In this document: in pieces, positions 1 through 11,467 of the stretch
Layout of the letters: each line of letters starts with the position of its first letter
Position numbering within the stretch: the stretch's first letter is position 1
Assembly: GCA_973895155.1 (NCBI GenBank)
Contig: OZ316892.1
Coordinates: 14,562,861-14,626,860, forward strand
DNA: 64,000 bases
Reading direction: 5' to 3'
Source: Marsupella aquatica
Taxonomy: Eukaryota; Plantae; Marchantiophyta
Program-made: the position numbers and the translations under genes
The notes under the pieces: generated by a model
What the model saw: only the letters and a program-made list of their open reading frames with translations
Database searches by the model: none
Told to the model about the DNA's origin: nothing

Positions 1-330
1 GGCATTTCCCACGATTCCAAAACTCCCCCCACCCCCGGGACCAATTTCCTATACAGAAAGTCCTCCACAAACCACCATCGTTAAGAGCCTTTTAAAGTGA
101 TAAAGAGATTGTTCGATGCGCCCTCTGATGCCAGAGAATGTCATATTCAAATCAATAAATCAGAGAAATATCTAGCATGCTGCGGCTAACCATATGGACC
201 ATTATTAATACAATTCATACTACTTGAGAACCAAGGGCCTTTGGCTCTCAAAATTCCCGACATTAACCAACCAGTTATTTTTGCTTTCCATCCTCATTCA
301 CCCAAATTTTGCTCAATAGAAAAGTCTCAC

Positions 331-3300
331 CTTCAATGCACACAAGAGACCGAGCTTATCGAGACAATAAACGAGTGCATTATTCAGCTTATTAATGGCC
401 TTATGAAGCTTTTTCCCAAGTTCTTCATAATCTTTGAAGTGCTCCTCTGAGACTCCGGCTCCCTTATATACTTGATACTGCGCAACGATTTAGTAGCATA
501 TCAGTTACTGACCATGTTACTAATGCAAAATAAGCAAAACTACATATATGATAATCTGAAGTAAAATTAAACTTCGAGTTGTTCCATAGTCCAGCGATCA
601 ATCAACAGATATCGATCCTACTTGTTGCAGAGGAGTGCAATGCTCTCATCATCTAAGGAGGCAACTTACAAAGCAGACCTAAAGCAGAGCAAAGCCCAGG
701 AATTTCACATTCAGGCTTAAACGTTATACTAAGACATCAAAAAACGCCTCCGAAATAATACAGACCCATTATGTCAATATAGATCTGAGAAGGAGATGCT
801 CTGCGTATCTGGTACATTAGCAATACCTTTTCTGCAATTGCCTGCAACTTTAACTTATGTTCCTCCGTTGGAAATGTGGAGGTCTCATACTCTCGTCCTA
901 GCGTTCGTGGTGTGGGAACAAAGGATTCCAGTTCTGTTCTGTCCTTCACAGCACAAACCTATGATGCACGTAGAAATATGTTTTAAGACTCATCACAATG
1001 AACACACTCCATGTCATCTCTACTACATGCTTGAGTTGATGTAAGCCATAAAGTAATATAGGTTTCAATTTTGGTGTCACTAACCTTGGAATCAAGCTTC
1101 TGCTCCAGTGCTGCTAGTTGTTTGTCAGCATCAGCGCTAGAGCTTACACCTAGAAAAATGGACAGGTTTCTTAGATAATAATTTGCTGAGACTGCAACGA
1201 GCAATGCAATTCGGGATAATGGAACTTTGAATCTCTCATTTGATATAGAATCAAATCCCTCACCTTTGCGATTCACTGGTGATGCTGTCATCCCAAAAAT
1301 CTGAGGCCGGCAGTCAACAGGCGTTTCTCTGTATTTCTGCATTATAGTTGTCGATTAGGTGTGACATTTTCGTAGATCAGCTTAACAGAGTGTCATTCCC
1401 ATTTAATCAATTCATTATATCGCTAGAATCGCAAATATCCCGACTTCTTGGGAACTTACATCCATGATCTTGCAGTAGGGATGCTTTTTTGTGGCATGAT
1501 GGCACTCGTCGAAAATGAGGATCTCCACAATGTCCAGTTTCAGAATGCCGTGCGTTAAGAGATCTAATAGGATTTGCGGAGTCATCACCAAGACCTGCAA
1601 GGGGCGTCCCAGATTAGCTTCATAGCTACTCCTGTAGACGAGCTCGGACATCCTCAACTTCGCTCAACTTCACCGCGGAACTGTGTATGCAGCTGATGCA
1701 ATCCACCTATGTCCTATATTCTCTAACGTGGATGGCCGTTATCAAGGTCCGAAATTTTTCCATACCATGTGCGAAAATAGAAGAAAACAGAGAACGATAC
1801 AACGGAAATATGTATAGCAGGCACGGTATTGACAAGAGATTGAATGGAGCATAAAATCGATGGGGTTCTGCACCTCATGCGAAGCGATCTCTTCATGCCA
1901 CTTTTCTGGCTTCCAAGTGTCCACTTTCATATGCCCGACATATTCACCAAATTTCAAGTCCGTATGGCAGTCGATCACGCATGATTGCTGTACAACGAAG
2001 GCCCCAAGATTTTAGAGTTCATTGCTGATAAATGAATTAAAAATTAACATCGCGCAAGGCAATTGTCGGGCATCCTCAACCACAAAAGACAAGGACTATT
2101 ACGAAAACCACTCGCCCATTTTCTGACTGTGCTGCAGTGAAGTGTACAGTTCACTGGCCCCAATTTTAATTTCACTTGTATTGTCGGAGTAAAGCAGTTT
2201 TCCATCTTCCGTGTTTTTATTGGTGTGCAGTTCTGCAGGTAACGACTTGCGCCGCAATTCTGCTTGTGGTGTAGTGTTCGTACCGACTCAAGCCAGTCCA
2301 CTATTGGGATCTTTTTTTTTTTACCGATTGCCTTGTGTCCTTCTTTTGACTGCTTTTTTTTCTATCAATATTTTATCCGCGAGTCCGCCGCTTTTGCACA
2401 CCAGAACCTCACGTTGTTCTCGCGCGAGACAGGAATCCGCGCGCGCTGGCTATTTGACTGAGACGCACGTGATGACGTTGAATTTCACGACACAGTAACG
2501 CTGACCGAGCTGAACCTCGTTCATGGAATTGAGGACTTTGCGCGTCCTAAGATTATGTCGGGCAAGCTGTATCGCGAATACGCGTCCATAGTCCTGAGCT
2601 TCCTAACAAATCCAATCTCCCAAATAGATTACTTAGCTCTAAAGAAAGACGTTTTCATACTTTTCGACAAACAAAAGTGGTGACAAAGCGAACCCTCGCT
2701 CCGCGCTGCCCAGGTGGCGGGGAGTGTAATCAGTAGGACAGAAGACTCATTCCAGTGGTCGCACCGCTCACTACGCTCGAGACAGAAGGAGAGATGGGCG
2801 TTTCTGAGAGTTGATCGATACCTGTCGTACGAGGTTTACAGTCGGCACGAGAAATACTGCTATGCGCTTCTGGGCCGGCATGCGCAGCCTGTGTGCCAAC
2901 GCCCTTATGCGGAGCACTGCAATTAGTGTTTTCCCGCAGCCAGTTTCCAAGTATACGATGGTATTCCTCTTCAAAGCTTCGCGGAGAATCTCCAACTGAT
3001 ACCTGTGACGATAACAGAAATCCTACCAATGTAAGTCTTCAAACCGAAACAACAATCTCGGGACCGCATTTACAGTCCCGCCGAAGAGTACAGCAAGGAA
3101 CGGACCTCGACTGTCAATGTTTACGCCTTGAAACAACTTTTAATCCCCATGAGCCAAACAACCGAATTGGGAGAATTGAGCCACGAGTGAAAGGGAAAGT
3201 CCCATTGATTTGGGGAAAGGAGAGGGAATTCATCACAAGCCTAGAAATTCGTCTCGGTTGTAGGATAGACTTAAGGAGTACAGAGGACAGTACGTACCCA

Positions 3301-3707
3301 CGAGCTTTCCCTTCTGGATCCTTGGGCTCCTGGTTTCCATTCGCTTGCAGGTCGTCGACCTCTCTCTTCTTCTTAACTTCCTTTACTATTGCATTCACTT
3401 TCTTCACTCGCTCAACAGTCCGCTGTCTGCGCCGCTTCCTCGTCACGAACAGCGGATCGTCAAATTCGGCATCAATCGTCCCGTCCCGATCCTCCTCCTC
3501 CCTCTTCCGCTTCGATGCACCGTTTCCATCGACGAGCCCATTCACTTGAGCCATCGTCATCTCTGGCGCTGACGATGCTGCTACGCCCAGAACCATTTGT
3601 GAATCCTTCCCTGCAGACTCAGAATAGCTGCCATTGGTTCCGTTGCACACGGTCGAATTCACTTCCAAAATTGCTGTACAGCCATTCTCGGACATGCTCG
3701 CCGGCAT
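331..3707 (-). CDS. Dicer-like endoribonuclease (most likely DCL3-type), 5' part only (DExD/H helicase N-terminus); gene continues beyond the left window edge
   Basis: In-frame GT-AG exons: 3707-3298, 3002-2822, 1987-1874, 1594-1460, 1336-1264, 1149-1085, 958-827, 477-331. Motifs: ARGYQLE, NTIVYLETGCGKT (Walker A), VFLVPTVNLVRQQ, VLVMTPQILL, IFDECHHA (DECH box), IFGMTASPVNRKGVSS, YCLDKLGLLCA. Start at ATG 3707 or 3695. The DCL3 call rests on remembered motif similarity and the many-small-exon layout, and needs phylogeny. Confidence 0.9.
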
Positions 3708-4568
3708 TTCGACAGAAATTCGCTCGAGAACGAGAACGAGAGCGCTCAAATCGACGAATTCGAGCTCGTCGACAATTATCTCGTCGCAGGTATAGAAAAT
3801 CCGGCCTGCCGGTCTGCTATCTATCGGTGCGGCATAAGAATTCTACTTTCCAAGCAGCAACAGCAACTCAGCTCTTCTGTCTCAGTTGCCCCAGTGAGCT
3901 AGTTCCCCTTCCTCTCCGGTCTCGGTCACTTCCCCTTCTCGGTCACTTCCCCTTCCTGTCTTGCAAAGTACACAACAGCGTGCTTTGACAATTTACATGT
4001 GACTGGTACTTGCGGCTCTCGAGGAACGGCGGAAGCCGTATGATGATGATTCCGCAGCGACTGCTTTATGACCCCAGCTTCTAGCGCAACAGATACCACC
4101 CGCGCCGGACTCGAACCAGACCGAATGGTGAATGGTCTCCTTCTGGCTTCTTCATCTCTCTACCGTATCAAGCTGGCTGCTGCGTGACTACTGGTTGTTG
4201 GGGGAATTGGGAGAGACGACAACGAGCAGCAGCCGCAGTGGTAAAACACAGCAGACAGCCACAGTCCCGTAGTCAACAGCTATCGTACCCATCTACAGTG
4301 CTTTTAGTAGTAGTGGTAGTAGTAGTCTACGAGAGCTCTCGAGAAGCGCATCGTAGGCCACGCAAAGAACACGGCAACACGCCAAGAAGAAAACGCAGGC
4401 TAGCAACCGACGAAACAGCAGTAAGTTGTCCCGAATCACAACTGGTACGAATCATGATGACGACGCGAGACGACGAGTTGCCTTCTTCCGTCATGTCAAT
4501 CCGGTCATAATTCACCGAGAGACATGCGCAGAGCTCGGTCCAGAGTCGATTCGCTTTTCCCAGCGTAT

Positions 4569-4805
4569 TATAAACCCCCTCGCCTATGCAAAAGCGCACA
4601 CGGGACATAATATACACTTTAGCCCGTAACCAATCCTCACTTCTCTGTCATGTTATCCTTGGCTCAGCTGAAAAGCTGACCCAGCCCTATAAACGAACCC
4701 CACCACAAAAGCGCACTCACGCACATACACTTTAGCCACTTTTTTGCGCATAACCAATTCTCACTTCTCTGTCATGTTATCCTTCGCTCACCTGAAAAGC
4801 TGACC
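4569..4805. repeat. Tandem duplication, 2 x ~119 bp, upstream of the DCL gene
   Basis: Two near-identical units: TATAAAC...CAAAAGCGCAC...TACACTTTAGCC...TAACCAAT(C/T)CTCACTTCTCTGTCATGTTATCCTT...CTGAAAAGCTGACC. Confidence 0.9.
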
Positions 4806-5179
4806 GACCCTTCCCTGCATTTATTGTATATTGTGGGCAGGATTGTGGGCAGGATTGTGGGCCCTAACTCTTCTGAGAAAAAGATGGCTTGAGGGAGGGT
4901 TTGAGGGGCTATTACTGCCCATAATGCCAAAGTAAGAGGATGTTAATGCACTCGCATGCTTAAGAGATTTTCTAGTTTAATTTACTTTTTGTAAGTGTAC
5001 AGGAGACGTTTCATAGTGCTCCATCCAAATCGGTACTGTGCATGCTACTCTCCTAAAGACATTCGCGAGTTTTGGCTTTATATTTGGAAGACATGTTTTT
5101 ACCTTGCTTTGAGCAGGGAATTATGCAATGACCCATCGATCTAGGCTTACTTGTAGGGTAAACGGCCTGGTTAGGGGCC

Positions 5180-5470
5180 GTTGTGGGATATAATGCTCCC
5201 AAAGCCAGAGCTTTAGCCCAAGTTTGAGGGATGTTATGGCCCACATTCCCATAACCAAAAGATTAACTTATTACTGAAAACTTGACCGAGGGAAAAAAAC
5301 AAACAAGTAAACTCCCTGAAATCTCGTTCTTGCAACAGTGAGCAAAGAATGAATAAGAAGTTAAAACGCCAGGATTTTAGGCCATGCAAGATTTGCTGGC
5401 CAAATTGTGTGTTGTGGTATTTCTCCTTTAGTTCTATATGGGAAAAGTTTTGTACTTTGCGTTACTTAAT
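5180..5470 (+). repeat. Dispersed repeat family A (unclassified, ~300-400 bp), copy 1
   Basis: Shares blocks GGGATATAATGC.CCCAAA...TGAGGG...TATGGCCCACA...GATTTTAGGCCATGCA...TGTACTTTG with 7818-8165, 53075-53480 (reverse) and 58818-59190. Confidence 0.75.
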
Positions 5471-5754
5471 GCCCTCACTGAGTTTTCTCTTGTATTTTTC
5501 AGTGCATTCTTGAAGAATAATGCATGGTCAAGATTTGGATCACCGTTTTAGGAAGATTCTCCTTCACTTCTACTAAAATTAGTAAAAGTTAAACTCTCTC
5601 AGACCTTGAAGTGCATTAAGGTACCATTTCCAGATCATTGTGGGCACTAATAACCCCTCTAAATTTGAGTTGAAGCTCTCAGTTTCCTGAGGATCATATC
5701 TATGCCCTGTCAACAGGAAATTAGAATACACTTTAAAAACTCTTGCTAGTTTGT

Positions 5755-6410
5755 TTTTTGCCTTGAATGTCAAAAATAGACCCACCCATCAACAGAGGAT
5801 AGACTTTCTACTTTGGAATACGCATCACTCTAGAGTAGCCCACAAAGGGGGACTATACAGAGGGATCCCACAAGGACCCATACCAGGAAGGAGGAGGGTT
5901 GGATGAGGATTACATGTGGCCTGATCAGGATTACAAGTGGCCTGCCAGTGGCACCAAAAACCAGTACTCCCACCACTACACCTCACCTACAAACACACAC
6001 ATAGTTACCTTGCACATCCCTTGTGTGTGGAGCTCGGGGTTCTCATTTATTTACTTTCTATCCATCACCCAAAAGTAAGTATAGGGTTTGTTTATTGGTT
6101 GAGAACAATACCTTTAAATTTATGTAGAAGCTCAATAGGGTTTTTCTTATCTAATTTGGAGAATTGTAAGAAAGAATAGAGTTTTATAAATGAATTTTGG
6201 GAATATTTTGAGAATATTCCAAATGTATAGGGGTAGAATAATAGGTTTTAAAAACTTTTTTCTTACTTTTAAGGGTGTTGAATAGCTAAAAAAAGTCAAG
6301 TGTTTATGAGACCCCCTTTAGAGTGAGGCCCTCAAGGTGTGGAGGGGGGATTGAACCTGGGACCTCTCATATCTAAACTAATCCCCTGGCCAATGATCAG
6401 ATCCAGTTGC
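5755..6410 (-). mobile_element. tRNA-derived SINE-like element (family B, copy 1), interrupted by a TIR element at 6033-6336
   Basis: Minus-strand head has B box GGTTCAATCCC (~6346-6360) with an A-box-like sequence upstream. The body (CCAGTACTCCCACCACTACA...GGATAGACT) matches 8480-9075 and 63460-63805. Confidence 0.7.
6033..6336 (+). mobile_element. Short-TIR non-autonomous DNA transposon (family C, copy 1), 8-bp TSD
   Basis: TSD GTGTGGAG at 6025-6032 and 6337-6344. Termini CTCGGGGTTCTCA...TGAGGCCCTCAAG. The AT-rich interior is homologous to 13971-14277 and 60757-61042. Confidence 0.85.
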
Positions 6411-7817
6411 TCAACTTTTGCTAGTTTTGGCTTTGAAATTTTGAGGACACTTGGTTTCTACAAGACAGACCTTACTTTGAGGAGGAATTCTGCAATACCC
6501 CATCAATCTAGGCATCTGTAACTCAAAATATGAAAGTTTAAACAAAAATGGCCTGAAACATTGGACTTTGGTCATTAGAAAATGAATCTTCTTTTGTCTC
6601 TATGACTGTTTTTTCTACTCCAACCTACCACCCACCCACTGCTACTCTATGCTCAATACAAACTGAATGCACTGAGGTCCCACTGCTAGACTTCACTCAA
6701 GTCAGTCAACATTATTAATAATTAACATCTGCCTATTTTTCATAAGTCACAGGCTTCGGCTTATTTAGGATCTCTATTTAAATGGCTTTGAACTCATATC
6801 GGATCTCAAAATGCTCTTTGCATGAGTGTTAAGCAACTCCCAAACTCCAACTCATGGGCAACTCACTAGACTTTTCTCTAACTGGTCTGTGGTTCAATCA
6901 TGCTGTTTGTTCCACAGGGGAGGATGACAACTAAATTGAGAAACTTAAATGTAAATAATATAGGGGGTTTCCCTCACGCCAATTGCACGGCTCTAGGTTC
7001 CTTTTCTGGAAAAAATAGGACAACTGCAATGGTTATCACGGAATCCCACACATGAGTTGGCTGTGCAGTGGGCAAAGAGCAGCAAACTGCCTTCAAATTT
7101 CCTTTATGATTCTCCTTCTAACCATCTTTACACTCTCATCTTACTGACAAACTAAGAGCATTGTTGCTTGGAGGACCTTGCTACTTTGCTGAGGAATCGC
7201 CATAGCCTGAGCCAACAGAATGTGCCACCACTTCTCCTTCCTTTCAAATTCTCTAACTATGGCACACATTACTGTTGTTAGGCAAGGGCTGTTGCACTTG
7301 GAATGCCACCACCTTACCATCAATCCGCCCTTCACATCTGTTTGACTATTAATGGTAGTAAGTAGCTATGAGCACATTTGGTGGACCAGGGTGGCCACTG
7401 ATAACCCTTTTGTTTCTTTTCATTTGTATGAGCTCAGCAGAGGAAGAATGCACATGGGCAGGACCACATGTGCATCAGAACAAACCTTAATATACTTGTA
7501 ACCAAGCAACAAAAGGCTCGCGATATTTTAACGAATAAGTGTACTCCATACAATTTTGTTATTTGCTCACAGGCTGGAGGTCGGTGCCCAGGGAGGGAGA
7601 ACCTTCCTACAAGGCGGCACCTATAGGCCCCAAGAAAGCTACCCAAGATTGGTGGCTCTACCCTCAAACCCCTTTCCAGCCCCTTTCTTGAGTAGACCTT
7701 TATGGACCCAACGTCCCACTCTGAACTCCTCAAAATAGGCTTGACCCCTCTCCTTTGCCTCAAACGATTCAGTCTACCAGCTAGTACATGAGCATGGTAT
7801 TTTTTTCTTGTTAAGGG

Positions 7818-8165
7818 TGCGGTATAATTTTCCCAAAATGAGGGCTGTAGCCTAGGTTTGAGGGGACATAATGGTAGCCCACAATTCCCATAGCCGGAAC
7901 CTTATCTTACGCTGAAGCTTGAGTGATTTTGGGAAAGAAACAAAATTCGATGTGAGTTCCTTGAATTTAAAGTCATGCAATAATGTGTAAAGAATGAAGA
8001 AGAGTTAAAATGCCAAGATTTTAGGCCATGCAGAGATTAGCTGGCAAAAATGTTTGTTGTGTTATTTCACTTTGTGTTTTATGGTAAAACTTTGTACTTT
8101 GAGTTACATTCACCTAGATTCCCTCCTCAAAGCGACATTGTAGAATATTAATGCCCTCTACAATG
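7818..8165 (+). repeat. Dispersed repeat family A, copy 2
   Basis: Collinear similarity to 5180-5470 and 58818-59190. Confidence 0.75.
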
Positions 8166-8479
8166 CAAAGCCCAAACTAGCTTACACGGTGAGTACTGGC
8201 CAGTGATGGGGACCCTGAGCGAGGTCTAGCCTGATGGTAGACATCATCCCTACGAGACAAGACCTCTAAGGACAACCTCACTTTCACACTAGAGTTACAC
8301 ACATCCCATCCAAAGTGGAGTAGACCCCTATAAACACAAAAAAACCTCTTGAGGTCATGACCCACTCCACCTTTCATGACGTATTGAACCTCTAATGCAA
8401 CTTACCCACCTGACCTGCGCAGCACCACTGCTTTTCATGGGTTGTCGTTCATGTTTTAGTTGCATCGATGAGGTTCTGT

Positions 8480-9075
8480 TCCATGTAAGTTTTCTTATTT
8501 TGGCCTTGAAACGGAAAGCGGGCCCTTCTGTAGGGTACTAGACACATTGACACAAGGGGTTTGGAACATCAGACCCATGTAAGTTTTCTTATTTTGGCCT
8601 TGAAGGGAAAGCAGGATAGACAATAAATGCCTGTCTGTAGGGTACTAGACACAAGGCGGTTGGAACATCCGACCCATGTAAGTTTTCTTATTTTGGCCTT
8701 GAAACGGAAAGCGCAATAGACAAATAAATGCCCTTCTGTAGGGTTTGGAACATGCCTCTCTGTAGTGGACTAGCCACAACCGAACATTACCCAGGGATCC
8801 ACCAAAGACTCACCAAGAGGGAGAGAGGGCCAGACCAAGGCACCAAACTGGACCAACTACAGTAGGGACTAGGGGCTGGAAAGAAACCAGCATTCCCATC
8901 ACTACATCCCATCCACACACATATGCTTTCAATACCACTTGAGTATGGAGAGCATTCCCATCACTACATCCCATCCACACACATATGCTCTCAATACCAC
9001 TTGAGTATGGAGGAGGGATTGAACCTGGGACCTGTAGAATAATCTCTTTGCCAATTTGACCTAAGCCAGTTGCAA
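8480..9075 (-). mobile_element. SINE-like family B, copy 2, with internal tandem amplifications
   Basis: Head GGAGGGATTGAACCTGGGACC at ~9011-9032 (B box on the minus strand). Three ~95-bp units starting CCATGTAAGTTTTCTTATTTTGGCCTTGAA (8481, 8575, 8674) resemble the SINE body. A ~60-bp duplication lies at ~8889-9012. Confidence 0.65.
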
Positions 9076-9080
9076 CAGTT

Positions 9081-9293
9081 GCTTTGATCTATGTAAGTTC
9101 ATCTTGAGATTTTGGACTTTGAAACAACTCCCTTTGCATCGTCAGACTTCCTTTCTATTTTAGTTTAAATCAAGGCCCCCCTTCAAGCTTTGATCTATGT
9201 AAGTTCATCTTGAGATTTTGGACTTTGAAACAACTCCCTTTGCATCGGTCAGACTTCCTTTCTATTTTAGTTTAAATCAAGGCCCCCCTTCAA
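9081..9293. repeat. Tandem duplication, 2 x ~106 bp
   Basis: GCTTTGATCTATGTAAGTTCATC...GGCCCCCCTTCAA repeated almost perfectly at 9081 and 9187. Confidence 0.95.
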
Positions 9294-10002
9294 ATCTTAA
9301 TCCCTGTCAAGTCTCATTAAATTTTATTTTCATGCCATATACCCCTCCCTAAAAACTTATACTAAGGAAACATGTATCTACAACAGGTTTTCTTCACAAG
9401 ACCTCACGGGGTCTACGTGCCCAGAGATCGCCTGGAGGTGGCCTTTGAAACAAAAGTTATTCAGGAAATAATTCATGTACATTGTCCTTTTGTACATACA
9501 TTTTGCAGATGTGTAATACAACATTGTAAGATACTATACCCCAGGGGAATAATGAAGTCTCCCTCTTCTCACGAACTTACCCTAGGGTAGGACAATCGTA
9601 GTTATTTCACAAAGTACAAGTTTAATTTGGCACAAAATCCAAAGTTTGTTTGTTTATTATTATTTTACATTTTACAATTGAATTACTGAAAATGATGTTA
9701 CATGGACAACAAGTGAATCTTATAATCCCATACATAGTGGAGGTATATACTTGATGAGTTGAAGGGGTTATGGTGTAACTTTTCTACCTTATGGGTATTT
9801 ATGAAACTGTTTTTACCTAGTAGGCCTCATGTTACATTTTTGTGTCAGTTGTTCTTCTAGCAGTCACTCTAATCAATTTTGTTTGATGCAATGATCAATT
9901 GCATCATCCAACCCCACACCCAACCTTGCACAGTCAAACAAAAAGGTCAAATGAAGTGATTAGGGGAACTGTGGAATTGTGGCCGCTGTTTCCCAAACTG
10001 TG

Positions 10003-10165
10003 AAGTGAAGATAATATGGATTATGTCTTCGGATTTGAATCGCGGACGCTACACAAACGGCAAAGTGAAGACAATATGGATCATGTATTGAGTTCGAATT
10101 TGAACTGTGGATGTTACACGAATAGCGAAGTGAAAACAATATGAATTATATCTTCAAATTTGAAT
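10003..10165. repeat. Degenerate tandem repeat, ~60-65 bp units, about 2.5 copies
   Basis: AAGTGAAGA(T/C)AATATGGAT(T/C)ATGT-like units at ~10003, 10063 and 10128. Confidence 0.7.
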
Positions 10166-10903
10166 TTTTATTGTACTGCAGGATAGTGATAGGGCTTACT
10201 TTCACATGCTCCACATAGGGTTTTCTTGACGTTCTTGAGCTGCGATTATCAGTTCGGAGGACATGTGCGGTCGTTATGATCTTGGTACTTCCACTAGCAC
10301 TATGTTTGTCACTGGCCCGTTTTCTGTCACTGGGCACTAGGCACTAGGCTTCAATCAAGAACCTGGAGGCATCAACAAACCCCAAGCATCAACAAAAGCC
10401 CAAGCATCAACAACACCCAAGTGCTTCCCTCTTGCATTGTCAGGTAGCAGCGACAACCCTAAACCCCTCACAACACACGAATACATATGTCTTCATGGCT
10501 AAACTTGCCCCCCGCCCTATTTAGAACCCCATTGTGGTCAACTACACAATTTGGGACCTCGCAAGAACATGAGTACAGCTCATTAAGAGGGGGCCTATTA
10601 AGTTAAAAAGGTTTCATAGGGGCTTATTAGGTAAAACCAAGTCTCATTGGGGCCATCAGATAAGAAAGTTTCACCATAGGGCCCATCAAGCATATATCTT
10701 GGACAGTGGCATCGTTTGCACCTTCACTCATCGATGTCCTTTCTTCTTTCCACAATGTTTTCAAGAGAATAGATTGACTTTCAACATCTCAATTAAACCA
10801 AAGAGTCCTCAGGATAGTTAGAAGCCTATTGGAAATATCTTTCTGGCCAATATAATATCTCTAGTTTTCATGAAAGGGTTTGAGAGAGGATGAATTTCTA
10901 AAA

Positions 10904-11467
10904 AGAACTTTTTCCTAACCTATCCCCCAAACTAACCATAATTATCAACCTGTCCCCGAATTATTTTAATTCCTAGGTCAACCCCCTTTTCAAATTTTGG
11001 TTACTCTAACTCCTCTATTTAACCCGTGGTCATTCCACATTGGTCAGCTACTATGGGGCAAGGCACTATTGGCCACGCCAAACCCCAGCCGGTTCTACCC
11101 TAACCCAGGCCGACTCACTCCCGTCATGACAATCTAGGGAGTACCGGGCCGGCTAGGGGAAGGAAGGGGTGGCCTGCCTTTGCGGTTAAGTCAGGGCGGA
11201 GAGGAAGCCGGGGTTGGGGCTGCCTTAGCGCGATGCGACTGAGCCAGCCGGGGACTCCCTCAATTGTGAAAATGGGAATGAGTCAGCCAGGGTTCTGCAT
11301 GGCAAATAGCACCTGCCATGGCAGGCAAATGATGCAGAATGACCACAGGTTAAGTAGAGGATTTAGAGTAACCAATATTCAAAAAGGAGGTTGACCTAGG
11401 AATAAAATAATTTGGGGGACAGTTTAATAATTACAATCAGTTTGAGGGATAGGTTAGGGAAAAGCAC
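10904..11467. mobile_element. Mutator-like foldback element/MITE, ~560 bp, with long imperfect TIRs
   Basis: The left arm CTTTTTCCTAACCTATCCCCCAAACT...TTCCTAGGTCAACC...TTGGTTACTCTAA...GTGGTCATTC is the reverse complement of GAATGACCAC...TTAGAGTAACCAA...GGTTGACCTAGGAA...AGTTTGAGGGATAGGTTAGGGAAAAG. A 9-bp direct repeat TTTCTAAAA lies at 10895-10903 and 11468-11476. Confidence 0.85.

Noticed and set aside
1988-2821. Possible intronic MIRNA in the long DCL intron (analogy to miR838/miR1047 in DCL1 introns)
   Set aside because: No extended hairpin was visible by eye, only a short palindrome TCTCGCGCGAGA. Folding and sRNA data would be needed.
2893-3988. 218-aa and 199-aa plus-strand ORFs
   Set aside because: Antisense to DCL exons 1-2, with no recognisable domain.
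8481-8752. Regularly spaced ~30-bp conserved blocks resembling a CRISPR array
   Set aside because: The intervening sequences are homologous to each other rather than unique spacers. There are no cas genes, the context is eukaryotic, and the units derive from the SINE body.
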